Shown here one piece after another: positions 39,217 through 52,482 of a stretch of DNA of 64,000 nucleotides; position 1 is the stretch's first letter; the number at the start of each line of letters is the position of its first letter. The notes beneath the pieces are model-generated. The model was not told the DNA's origin and did no database searches. It saw only the letters and a list, made by a program, of their open reading frames with translations. The DNA lies in assembly GCA_965235115.1 (NCBI GenBank), contig OZ249445.1, positions 12,152,001 through 12,216,000 of the forward strand. Direction: 5' to 3'. This DNA is from Laetmonice hystrix (taxonomy: Eukaryota). Position numbers and translations under genes: made by a program.

Positions 39217-41148
39217 GTGAGGAACCTGGGAACTAATTTTTGCTTCCCTGGCTGAGGGAACTTTTTTCGCCCGCTGGGCACCACTACCAGGGTATTGGCA
39301 TTAAGAATTTACACTAATGCCAATCTCTTCCAATCGATACCAGCTCCCCCTCAAAATTTCTTTTGGTTAATTCATTCAGAATTTCATGGTACAACTATCT
39401 CTTTTGATGATTACTCTCACGACTTGATTCAGGCCTTGGAGAAATGGCCCAAGCATCAACTTGTAATGATAAGCCATTTCAGGCGCTTGCAGTAAAGAAC
39501 CGCATGCATGATTGCTAAATCAAACCTTATTATGATAAATGATTGCCATATTTCACAATAAGCTTGAATCATGCCTTAAAAGATCAAAGTGTTTATTCAT
39601 AAGACCTTATATGTTTTTACTTAAAAGTGCTCTTGGACTGGTTGCCAGTCATGATAATTTGATACTTAGGCCTACAACTAAACGATGAACACACATATGT
39701 TTGAAATTATCTTATTTTTAGCCATAAGGGTGTGGTTTATATTGCATCCATATCTGCAATTCATAGTATTCTAAAATTTTATCACACAAGAGACCATGCA
39801 CATATTGATTTAATAAATTGCTACTGGCTTCGTATGTATGCACATGCGAAAGTTGTAAAATGACTCATTTCCACACTTTTTGTATTTCAATTATATGTTA
39901 TAAAATTTCACTTACATTTTGTGAATTACACTGTTTTCCATAAGTTATAAATGTCAAATGAGGGCTGGCTGAGTTTGACAGAGACTAAACGTGACAGCAG
40001 CTGGGCTGAGGTAGCATATCAACTTACATCCGGCCTCTTTGTGGAATCCTAAGGTCTATTAGGATGTATATCCACCGTCAACAAAAAGAGACTGTCAGAA
40101 ACTCCATATGTCACATGCAGCCATAAAGCTTCCAATGAGAAATGTTGTGACTTACAACCTATAAAAACCTCTGAACTACAGCTCATAATGGCTCTAGGGA
40201 ATACCATAGTAAAATTTTACACTTATTGCATGGATGATGCACTATGTGAGAAGATGATCACGTCATATAAATCATGGTTTAAGTAAAAATAGGAACAGTA
40301 ATTTAGTACATTAAATCACAACATTTTTACTCACAATGCCATACTTATTCATCTCAGACTAGCATTTATAACACGTTTGCAAGTTATATCAATTTTCTCG
40401 TGTCACAGTAAATCATAGATAGCGGTGTAATTAAACAACAGAATTCAGCATCGGTTTGCCCCGCGTGTGATCAATGCATTAGCATAATGATAAAGAGTAA
40501 AGAGATGACGTGCCCGCCCAGTACACCCACGACAAGCCATTCCCACGTGTGCAACCGCACGAGTAGGACCTATAGTAGGCGTAGTACGTGCACTCAGCTC
40601 ATTTACAGAGCACCAAAGACGAGTTGGGACGAACGCCACAGTGCACACTGACAGCAACACGCGGTTGATAGTGGCATCAATACAGTAGACCACACTTGGT
40701 CTTCCTACTGACCACAACAACAACAACAACAGACGCGGAAGTCTGTGCCCGACACTCAGGGGGCCGACGTCTTGCTGTCAGCTCAGACACGTGGACGCTA
40801 TTTGTAGTGCGCCTTGTGACAGCAGCGCTCCAATCAGACTCCGGGATCCCGGGGAACACTGAGCCCCCCATACCCACACGGCCAACTCGTCATAATGGAC
40901 TTTATGAATGAAGCACAACTTGCCCCAACCCGAGTGCGATTGGTGCAGTCGCAATGCATGTGTTTACGTTAGCGAGCCACATTCGGGAGTGATACCATCG
41001 TTAATAGGGCGTTTCTGGGAACCAAACGTGGCAGGGTGATAGTATGTGCTATACTTTGGATTGTGCACAAAAACTCACCGGTTTAAGGTTTCCCCTGCTG
41101 CGATAAAAGAGCGGCACTCCTCCCCCTGCCGTCAGGCAGAGAAAGTAG

Positions 41149-41322
41149 GCCGCCATTGTGGAACCCTCCAGTGCGCATGCGCAGTCAATTAGTCAGCGAG
41201 AAGTTTGGGATTGCAATGGCGCTGGTAGGCCTAACACCGACGAAGCTGCTGAATCTTTGAAGAAAAGATGGTGATTTCTTCTGATTTTATTCACCGTCAC
41301 GTCAACGAACGAAACGGTAAGT
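41149..41322 (+). promoter_or_regulatory. Likely promoter and non-coding first exon
   Basis: YY1-like GCCGCCATTG (41149-41158) and a perfect NRF1-type palindrome TGCGCATGCGCA (41172-41183) in a CpG-rich patch, followed by a consensus donor ACG|gtaagt at 41317. TSS position is inferred. Confidence 0.5.
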
Positions 41323-44002
41323 TGCATGAGTATGCGTGGCTATTAGTTCCTGGAGTTGTTATTCAAAATTCATTCGTTTTCACTATGTTTTTGGCTGACC
41401 GTGAGAACTGTCATTGTTTACAAATGTGGCATCAATGACAGGCACCATAAAAACTGAAGATATGCGTGCGTACTTAGGTCGATCAGATATATTATGTAAA
41501 ATATCGGCATATTGATTGCTTCATTCGGTGTGAAACTATAGGGCCTACGTTATAGCAACATACAAGTGAATGCGAGACTTTGTGAAAGGTGACAAAGAAA
41601 GATAGCGGGTTGGATATTTAATTCGGGTGTAGGACGGTAGTGTAGGGTAGGATGCGTAGCGTACGTCGTGGCCGGCCTGTAGGTTCTCTGCGTGCCGGGG
41701 GAGGGAGGCTGGCTCAGGGTGATGGGGCGGCCAATAAAAGCAGCCGGGAGTGTGAGTCATAATTGGCGGCCGGCCCTTTGTTACATACATATGCATTATT
41801 AGCTTGGGCGCGGAAGGAGCACGGCTGAGCGATGAGTGTCACGTTATTAAATATGCCTTTGTCAGAAGAAGCGGCAGGCCAGATTTCACGCTTGCTAGCA
41901 CCCTGCTCCCAAAAATAGATGACATTTCTTGGCAGTTCCAGGATAAAAGACAAAAAATGGAAACGTACCGCGTAGTTTTTGTGTGTGACGCCCCGACTGA
42001 GGGTTTCCCGGGGTACGATTCCAGATATGTCGGGGGACGGATCTGCAGTAGGGCAGCTGTCAAATTCAAACAAAGCATGAACTGGAGTGGGCTGTCAAGC
42101 AACGTGTCCAAGACAATGAATAGTTGGGAAGGGGGCGGCTGCTTTGTGCCACAGCACACATACTGTGAAATATGGTCATGTATGAAAAGTTCTTTGTGGG
42201 GGAGACTTTTCTCATTATCAGTGCATACATAGAGCTTGATCTTTGATTAATTTGGGTATCAATTAACGACTTGACACGTTGCGTGAGATAGTGACAGGCT
42301 TGCCTGTGCTGCTTACGCCAATTGTAATGAAGCCAGCAGATTTCGTTAAAATGACTTCTTGTGATTGACTTGGGTCTGCTGCAAGTATGTAGTGGGCATG
42401 AGCATTACCACTGCATGTAATTACTTTCATTTAAAGTGTTCTGAACAGAACAAATTACCTCTGGCTGTGTTTTATATTTCATTACATTAATTGAATGAGA
42501 GGTCATATTTTCTGTGAATGACAGCTTTCTAATTTAATGATTTATTTCCAGAAATTCAGGGGCAGTTTTCAAGGAAACTGACAAACTTCCTGAAAAAAAT
42601 GTTTCCACATGTAGCGTTCGTCTTCTTTAGTTTGCAAAGTGGCAAAGTAACTGTCTTCATTTGATGTATATGAGAACTCATAAATTGACACTGGCCTCAG
42701 GCAAATTAAATTTATAGCTGTTTAACATTATTTTACCGTCACATGAGAAAGGTAGACATTGGGAAGTTCACTTGAAGACACCAATGTCAGCTGAGTAGTA
42801 TTCATGATGGTATGGTTTCTGGGGCGATTATTGGCCAATATTTTGACCAGGTAATAGCTTAAGGTGTGGTGTAGCCATTCATCTTGATAACTTGAAGACG
42901 CCTTAGGTACTGTCATAGGAAGACACCAGCACTAACGCCCCCAACCATTATGTGAGGCCTACACATGCCCGGCGGAGGTTCTTATAACTTAAGACAAATG
43001 ACATGTTCACACCAGTAGCGCCGCGGAACTGCTACTCATGTCACATGTCACCAACATGAACAGCGCTGAAATCTGCATAACTTTGATAGCTGCAAGGCAT
43101 ATTCAAATCAATTACTATATCTGACTTTCAAAGGACATAGATATGTCATAAAAGATGTATGTATGGAGAGTGGCGGACCAATGATTCCCGCACAGATCTC
43201 CGACTGCCACTGCATATATGACTTAATTTTGACTATATAATGACTGCAAGCCTGAACGCCAGCCATTATTTGCATCGTAAATACAATTAATTTACAATTT
43301 AGATGACCTCAAAGCTGTGTACCTATTATATGTATTCTTGTAACACGCATGCATTTCCGGGCGTATACGCCGTTTTCCATACTGGGTGTGAATTTTCACA
43401 TTCTCCACATGCAAGCATGTAACCTATCAAGGTACATTTCCTGTCACCTTCTGCATTGCATTATCACTCTCATTTGGCATATATACATCCTTTGTTTATC
43501 CATACATACTTGCAAGCACACATGAATTATGTTTTGTCATTTCCGCCCCCCCCCCCCATCCCCATGGTCGTTACAAACTGTTTTTTCACTTGTATTGAAG
43601 TTGGTTATTCAATTTACCGTAATCTTTTTTGCTAAAAGTTTGCATAACATTAAATGTTCCCCCCCCCCACCTCCACCCCCCAAAAAAGAATTGAAGGACA
43701 TTTTTTTCACTCCCCAAAAAAGTCAGCTGTGCCAGGTGCTTATCTACTATGCAATAATATAGGGTCACATTTGGGCACTGATTCATATGTAAAAGAAGGG
43801 CGGTGTTAATATAGGCAGATGTAGAGCAGCCTTTTTGTGTGGTGCTATAACAGTGTAAGTAAAGTTTGGGTTGAGCCGAGGATGGGGACAAAGGGAGGCT
43901 GCCCCAACCAACCAAGCAACCAAATTACTAACATACAGTGAGTTGTATACATCCCCTTCCCTGCCCTCCTTCCATTGTCTGGCTCAGTAGGTATTTAGAC
44001 AG

Positions 44003-44194
44003 GTGTCAATCAGTGGTCAAGCACTTATTCAAGAGGCATCAAAGGCGAGCCTGGCCACCTGTCCACTATATGTGGCTGACGCTGAGTGTGAAGCTTTGTT
44101 ATACCCAGCTACAGGGGATGTCCTAGGCGGGGCTCTGCAGCAGGACATACACCACTACTTCATTGTTCACCCTGGAGGCTTTGTTCCCAGAACA
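44003..44194 (+). CDS. Candidate coding exon (VSISGQALIQEASKASLATCPLYVADAECEALLYPATGDVLGGALQQDIHHYFIVHPGGFVPRT)
   Basis: Acceptor tatttagacag and a 64-codon open frame with globular-protein-like composition; the donor (gttaat) is weak; family not recognised. Confidence 0.25.
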
Positions 44195-47100
44195 GTTAAT
44201 CTGTCTATCCGATATTGTGTGATAGTTTTCTTTGTAATATATGGTCAATGCCAACTCTCGGCTCTGACCAGGTGAGGACAAAAAATAGAGTTTTATTTCT
44301 TTAAAAACTGAATTCACCCGAAGGGGAGACTTGGCCGAGTGACAAAGCTTTTGGCATGGGACATGTATGAAAAATCTCAAGTCTTGCAGACCTTTAGAGT
44401 CTGATATTGTGTTGCGAAAAGCAGCTGTCGGGGACGGAGCGTAGGGACATATTGCACAAGTTTATACGTGGCAAGTTCGGTGGGGCTGACACTACAGATG
44501 GCCTGCCTTGCGTAACTGGGCGCAATGTTGCCACATCGTATTTAGTGATTTAAGCAGCCCGGCGTCCCGCTGATGCGGAAGAAGATTAAACGGCAGGCGG
44601 TCATCTGGGTGGCATTAAACCCGAGTAGTGATAACAAACAGTGTCTACAGACCGCCAGTCTCTATTGTTACAACATATAGATTGATGAACACTTTGGTTT
44701 GCCACTGATCAGCTGCCTGTGTTCAGATGAGACGGCTTGATTGGATCCTGCTTAGATCACCTCCCGTCGTCTGCCATGTACACCTGGATCAATTGATATT
44801 CCCTTACCTAGCATAAATTACCGCTGGACCTTTTACCCTGTACACATTAAAATATTTACCTTACACTTACATAGCCTGCTAAACTGACAGCCTGAAAAAA
44901 CGCTTTCGAATTTAGCAGACCACGGCATTAGCAGACGTACATTTTACGCTTAAAGTGGACAAAGCATGATTTTGGGGCGTGTATGGTCATTTTGGGACCA
45001 GTATTTGCTCGGAGCATGGTCATGGTGTTGGATTTTCTCGACTTGCATCCATGGAGTAATTAGTCAGCCAAAAAAACGGCATCTCTGCGTGTGCCTGGCC
45101 AGAGAGGCATAGAGGAGAAAGTTGCAGCTTGGCAACTATATTGATCCCCCAGTGGTGTCCCATAATTATATCAGTGCAGAAAATGGGAGTTGCACTATAT
45201 TGCCGCACATATGGCAAGCCATCCGTAGATTAATGCCATAAAGACGGCCGGCGTGGAGACAATGGCGCATGTACAGAACAGTATTACTCTGACATTTCGA
45301 CTTCACAGATAATGGCATGGCCGATATTGCCATTGTCCTAGTCCTATTACCTGTCTCCGTATGTGATGTCATAGGACTGTTTACAGGACTGCCCAATAGA
45401 TCGATGATGTAGGAACAGTTTGAACAAAGAGGCGGCCTATTTTTTCGTGTCGGTACCATTGCTTACACATGGCTGAGTGGAAGTATGTAGGGGACGTGCT
45501 CCACCCAGCCTATGTTACCACAGGAAACAGGGCAAGGCAGCTGGGGATGTTTATGCAACAATAGTTACCATATAAATTCCCCATTCAGGAGTATGCTCTT
45601 TGAACGGTAAATTCAGCCCCCCCCCCCCTCCCAACTGTTGGTGGTCGGTTACCATGACAGTGGGAAATACATACATACATAAATTTATGGATCTGTGACA
45701 GTTGACACTTTAACAGCAACTCGGCTCATGCACAGTTCTTTGGAGAACCACCCCAAACGGTCTTTCCGATGACGGGTTGGACGCTGTCGCTACACGGTAA
45801 CTTTTTTCCTTCCAGTCATGTCCTGATGGTGAGTCAGGGAGTCAGGAGATAAACTATCATGGGTAGGACCTGGCAGGTATGATTTGGGACAGACTCATAT
45901 GTTGCTTGGAGCATCAGTCAGTCCTCTAGGTGTAAATGTAATATCAGGAAGAGGGACCCCTTCCCCTGAGAACAATGATTTCCCGACAAATCACAGACAT
46001 CCATGTGCCCCCTGCACTGTATTCTACATGTTAAGTATCTGTTGGGTTGGTGGGTGCACACTGGGCCAAACTATAGAGTGTTTCCTCCCTACACCTACGT
46101 GTATGGCGGTGTTACATTACACCCCAAGCTACCAGTGTGGACACAAAGAGAGAGCTGGGCTCGCAGAAACCTCCAAAGCGTCCCCGCCTATACATATTTG
46201 ATAACAGCAAGCACACAGACCCCGCTACCTTATCGGCCAGATGTATATCCGTGCAAAGTTCCCCAGATAAAGAACAGATTGCTTTATGTCCGTTTTAGCA
46301 TTATGGCAGATATCTGGTTTGCCATGGTTACAGAGTAGGGCAGGTCTAAGTAACGCAGTCAGTTTATTTCTTTGACAACACCCTCCATCCTGTTAGCCGT
46401 CAGGTCTTGGAGTGTGATATTCCACAATTCTGCCTTCACTTGTGTTTCATACGCTCTGCAATTCTACTCAAACTCTGGTGACCAGGAGGCAGAAGTTTGT
46501 AGAGCTCAACACCAGTATTGCTCCAATTTGCTGGTAGTCTGCATAAAGAAATGGGCATATATAAGAGATAAATCTATATTATATCAAACTATTTGATTTG
46601 AAGTATTTGAAAAAGATTGAAACTTAAGTCGCCGGGTTATCGAAACTTGCATCATTCTTACTTCTAAAAGATGGAAATATTATTGACATGAAAGACGGTG
46701 ACCAACAAACTGAATGGTGAAATACATTTGTATTCAAAAGATAACATGCCAACTTATAAGGAAACATGTCAACATCTGTTCCGGAGACTATGAAAAAATT
46801 TCCTACATAAAAGCAGTAGAATTTTAAAAAATGGCCCAATTAAGTTACAGTAAATATGTTACAGATGTGCAAGAAACTGTAGAATGTATTCTTGAAGTTG
46901 CTATTTTTCCGCTAAAGAAATCGAGTAAGTTTCTGTAAGTAATTAAGAATGAAAGTAAAATCATTCAAGGACAAAGAACGAACGGTCCACAGGATGCGGA
47001 AGATGGAAGGGGCCCACGTGGCATCCATTCACTGATAAAAAGTTGTGTCCTTTGACAGTATAATTTGGTAATGTCATATAATAGCAGCAAGAAAGGCAAA

Positions 47101-47239
47101 TTAGATAAATGTTCCCATATTGCACTGAAACAATGTATCTACATGTGTAGGGGGAAATGGGGATTGGCTATGATTTGAGGGACTCTTATAGCCGAAACGG
47201 AAGAACTTCCTGTATACATTCCCATCTTGTTCAGATTTA

Positions 47240-47430
47240 NNNNNNNNNNNNNNNNNNNNNNNNNNNNNNNNNNNNNNNNNNNNNNNNNNNNNNNNNNNNN
47301 NNNNNNNNNNNNNNNNNNNNNNNNNNNNNNNNNNNNNNNNNNNNNNNNNNNNNNNNNNNNNNNNNNNNNNNNNNNNNNNNNNNNNNNNNNNNNNNNNNNN
47401 NNNNNNNNNNNNNNNNNNNNNNNNNNNNNN
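47240..47430. other. Assembly gap (191 N)
   Basis: Run of N seen directly. Confidence 1.
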
Positions 47431-47515
47431 AAAAGTAAAGCTGTGACTACCTTCAATTACATTTTCTCCTTACAATGAAATGTTTCATAAAAGTACTTTT
47501 ATCTGGAAGTGTCGA

Positions 47516-47875
47516 GGCATATTACCATTTGGATTGAAATTTGTAATGGGACTACCGTATATGTTGAATGATAGATATGACTTTGAAAGTCCTGGTATGT
47601 AGCCCAGTGATTGATGCAGTCCCGAGGAAACATTGATGCCTCTAGGCGTCCTGTTGTAGACTTTGATCTGTTCAGATCACACGTGTGTATCATTCAAATG
47701 TGCCGGTAAGTGTGAAAGCAGCACATATTCCAGAGTTCTCGCTCCTTTGCCACATTGTGCTGAGAATTCTGCTGTGCCGGGAGACTGGCGCGCGTCAGCT
47801 GCAGGGATGGTGAAAAAAAGCCAACGGTTGTTGGAATGTCTCATGTCAGTTACTCCAAGAGGTCGCCTAAACTGA
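47516..47875 (+). pseudogene. Possible decayed Helitron/PIF1-family helicase C-terminal fragment
   Basis: GILPFGLKFVMGLPYML resembles the Helitron helicase GxLPxxLxLxxGxPYM segment. In the same frame about 85 codons later, SAAGMVKKSQ resembles AxTIHKSQG. Three internal stops; RxQFPL is absent. Confidence 0.3.
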
Positions 47876-50800
47876 CCCGTATTTCCTCTCTGCAGTCTCA
47901 CTTACATAGCCTGCTGTATCCTGTATGTATATAACGTGCAAATCAATTCCAGACGTGAAACGTAATACGCACGCACACCAGCCCATCATGCGCCTTTTAA
48001 AACCATAAGCATATATAGCAGGTCTTTTACTTAAGAACTTCAGAAAGAAAGCTATGCTGAATGGTGATGCGATTAGGGACTATAGTGTATTCCTGAGTGA
48101 GCCTTGTGACAATGGCGTTTTATGTTGTAATTGCGTAATTGTTCATTCTCCTGTGATCCCATTAGGAGCGCATCTGTCGCCCCTATTAGGGGATGCGGCA
48201 GGGACCCGCCACCGCCGTTAATACTCACTTTAGCACACTCTTTTAGTGTTGCTGACAGAAAAAGCTGCCACTGTCTGTCGTAATTGTATACTCTGGGATT
48301 ATACACGTTCGGTGTATTTTTTGCTTTGATATCATTATCAGCGGTTGCCAACTTTGATGAACATAACACGTTTCCAGCACATAGAATGCAAGGAGTGTTG
48401 CAGATATGTATCAAAGTGAAAGTGTTGACCACTATAGAATTGATCAGCAGTGCACAAAGACTTAATTATCTTCCCCAGGCAAAGCATTGTGCGAAGGCCG
48501 CCACTGGGTCTTTTACCAGATATGATGTCTGAGCCACTCCAGGCAATATCAAAAGAGTCCAGTTTCAGTTATCGCATTCATCAAGCAAAAGTTAATAATA
48601 TTGTTGTGAATAATTGACATAAACTTAACTTGTACAGCCAAGAGGTGTAGAGTTAAGTGCAGTTAGATAGATAGATAGATTTAGGATGAGCTTTCAGAAG
48701 GTATTAGATTTATTAACATACAAACAAAAAACTGGTTGTACATTTTACCTCAATCGTCATCTGATACCACTAAGGTATTTACCACTTGATATACTTATGG
48801 TTTCAGCATGAAATCGTCAACAAAAAAAACTAACGGAAAGTGCTTTACCTAATAAATTCTAACTCAGTGAGATAGGGGATTATTGAGTCTCTATGAACAT
48901 AAATTGATTATGTGATAATACATGTTCTTTTTAGACATATATATTTGTTATCAGACATCAGATATGTATATTCGTGTTACTATGTAGCCTTAATTGCTTT
49001 TCAGCTGCTGGTTTTGTTGTGATAAGGTTTCTATGTCAGTTGTCAGTGCCCCTGAATAATCGGCTTACCGCATCTAGCCATTTCAGTGGGATTCCCCCGA
49101 TAGCACACTAATTTGATACATAAGCGACTTACTTAGGCTTTCCTATCACATATGCATTCTTTTTTCGTGACGTTTAATTGCTTCATTCTGTGAGGTAACT
49201 GAAATTTATATGCACTTGGCTTTTTTAAAGGAAGGAAAATTGTTTCTGGCAGCATTTTTTTCCGAGTTTGCTCATGGAGAAAGTCTGTAGGGGATTTAAT
49301 TATGTTTACGGCTGTATTAAATAGTGTTCAGGCTCAGGGCAGTCTGACATGAAGAAGGTCACATTTTTGTAGCCAAACCAATGATTATTATTCCGGCTTT
49401 TTACAGCATATAGCACCCAGAAGGGAAATATGAAGCAGAAGGTTTACGATTAGATAAGATGACCTGATTGCTTCCATCGAGCCCCCCGCCACCCCCCCCA
49501 CCCCCCCCCCCACCCCCCCACGCACACCAAGGCATGGAGCTGCCATGATGGGATACCAGATTATTATAACAGAACGTTGGATGGTAGGAGAATGATGATC
49601 GGCTAAACCAAACAGTGGATGTCTGTGTGGCCAGATGTCATTCTCACTACCAGTTAGACAGTGCTGGTCAGTAACTTGAGGAAGAGATCCCTCAATCTAG
49701 GAAGATAGACTACCGGACATATAGGAATATCGCCCTGAGTTGGGACATAGGTGCAGCATTTGGTGTCTTACTGTGACGCCAGTTTTCCTATTTTTGCCGT
49801 AAAAAGAGTCCACATTATGTAGGATCATATTATTCGTTAAAATCGTATCCCTGAGTGAGTGGATACAGATTGTTTGAATCGCATTATATCGTGTCAATCT
49901 CTCCTGCATTCCGTGTAAAGAGGCTGAATGGCGGTCGCCAACGGGTATAGTGAAGAAATACATATAGCATAAGACTAAGACGTAAAACACGGATAGTATA
50001 AGCATTTAGAGCAGGATGTCGCAAAAGTCTCTGGGCAATCCATTGAACGATGAGAAGTAGCTCCTATTCTTGCTTAAAGATCCTGCGTTAGAGACTGCAT
50101 GGGCAAAAGGTGATCCGTTGTACATCAACTGTTATGATGTTAGAAATCTTTTTCTATGATTGATTTCGGAGAAATTTGTCTAGTTGGAAAATTATTAAGA
50201 AACTCTCCTCAAACCTTAAATGAGGAATCCCTGCTTGAAATATATGAAAGATCAGGCTAAAGGACGTATGTCTATTATAAGAAATTATTTCAATGTCTTC
50301 TTTGGTTATTGTGTCGGTTTTCCCCGCATCATTCTGGTAGTTTGGTGGCCTATTTGATTTAGTTAATTGACGACAAGCGCATAATGATCAGAATATGAAG
50401 GACTGTACCAGACATTAGCAGTCTTGATATTGGCAAGAGTTGGTCAGTATTGAATCTGAGAACGGTCCTGTGGAACTGGCGGAGATTTCGTATGTCGACA
50501 GAAGCCGGAAATATTGATGACTATGAGATGGTCACGTAACGGTTACTGTATGATCAGGGACACCAATTGCTGTCTTAAACGTCAGGAAATTGAAGGACAT
50601 GTAGCAGGGGTGAACAAGTGCAAGAACTGAGGTGAATAAGTACGATCAGGAAGTACATCTCTGCCAGGCCGCGTCTCCCAGCGCCGAGACTAGACATGGC
50701 CGCATGTGATGCTTTGTCTGATATAGGGTTCCTAGAATTCATGGCGGATATGTAGTTGAAATTCATATATGTGACGGCGTGATGACATTATTCTGGTCAA

Positions 50801-52423
50801 CCCGGCGAGATGTGGAGATAGTGGAAACCATGTTATGCTATAGTTATCGTATTTTATTTTACTATCCTTCAAGCGGATATTTGCCCAGGAGGACATGTCA
50901 GTCTCACGTACATGTTACAGACATGATGAGATAATAAAAACGAAGACATCATCCCAACGAACGAACTAGTATGGTTAAATTTGGATAACATAGCGATGTG
51001 ATATCATATTATGCTGTGTGTATACGATTGCCGAGGATGCCATGAATGCGGTGATTGGGATCGGGTAAGGTGGAGAGTGGTTGTGGGGCAGGCCCAGGTC
51101 ATTGACTGGCTGGATCCGGGGTTACTGCTTAATAGGTGAATGGAGATATTAGGGACGCTAGTTTCAGAGGCAGGTTTACTGGTTACTGTATGTGTGCTCA
51201 TGATGTGTCCTTCCCTGAGGGACAAGGTGGGGTAAGGTAGAAATCTGCGGGCCGCCACCACCAAAAAAAAGAAAAAATACGAGGAAAGAAAAGATGAGTG
51301 GCCTGGGTATAGAACCTTGCGGTGTGGGGGTGAAACGTGTGAACCGATTGGGTTACCTGGGAGTGCGGCAGGGTACACCTGCCCGCCCAGAGTGGCCACG
51401 CGTGAGTGGCTGGCCGTGGGCAGGTGGCTGGGTGGTTGGGGGGCCAGGTGTACACAGACACCCACACTCACCCAACCTCTCAGTCACACGGCGCTCCCAA
51501 CCACCACCTCCGCACGGCTCCTTCACTTGACCCCCTGCACACCTCACATAGATAACCCTATCAAAAACAGCGCCGAGTACCGCTCTTATACTACAGGTGA
51601 GCGCAGCCTGCCGCCACTGTGTAATACGTCATGTGAGGTGTTGTTTTACTCCAGGGTAACTTGCCAGGACATCATTATCTGTCAAGCTGAGCACAGCCTC
51701 CTGAAAGAGGCATCAAGGACCAAGCCTCGAGTGCAGGAGTTCTCTCCCTTTTTGTATTTTTAAAATTTCACACCCGGTGGAGTTTGAAAAAGAGGCAAAA
51801 GACCATTAATTGCCGGGGATAGCTAAACGCTTGCTTGCGTTGGCCTCCGGGATGGCCGTGACGGTCAGGATGAGCGCAGCCTGGCGGGCTTTGTTAATTA
51901 AATGAACCATTGAGATTTTGATTGTCTTCACCTGCAGGGACAATGGGCACACGGTGCCGCCCCCCACAGGTGGGAGAATGTCTTCTCCAGGAGCGGGATC
52001 CGGGCGGAGGATCCAGGCTATAACCAGATAACGTCTTCGGATGTGTATTTGCCTTGTTTCTGATTGCTTTGTTTGATCTTGGCCGAATCTTGGTCGTGCG
52101 TCTCGCTGAGGTCTGCAAGTGTATTCAGAGCAAGGTCAAAGCAATCAGTCCGTGATTTCGGCATGCTGCAGGTTCTGATTTGTTGTTGTTTTTTCCCCCT
52201 TCCATTGTTTTTGTTCACCCATTTTTTGGATGGAAGGGGGTGTTTAGGTGGGTTAGGGTGTGGGGTGCTGTAGTCGCCGGTGTGGGCTGGGGGCATTACG
52301 AAGGCACCCAGGGAGGTAATGGCAGCACTGATTTGTGGTCGTGAGTGTGGTGGTGACGGGGGCTCTGATTGGTCCCGTTGTTGTCATCGTTCGCCGTCGT
52401 CGTCGTCGTTGGGGGCTGGAGAG

Positions 52424-52425
<2 letters not shown>

Positions 52426-52480
<55 letters not shown>
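52426..52480. repeat. (CTG/CAG)n microsatellite, about 18 units
   Basis: Uninterrupted tgc repeat. Confidence 0.98.

Positions 52481-52482
<2 letters not shown>

Noticed and set aside
47139-47478. ORFs containing poly-X
   Set aside because: Artefacts of translating through the N gap.
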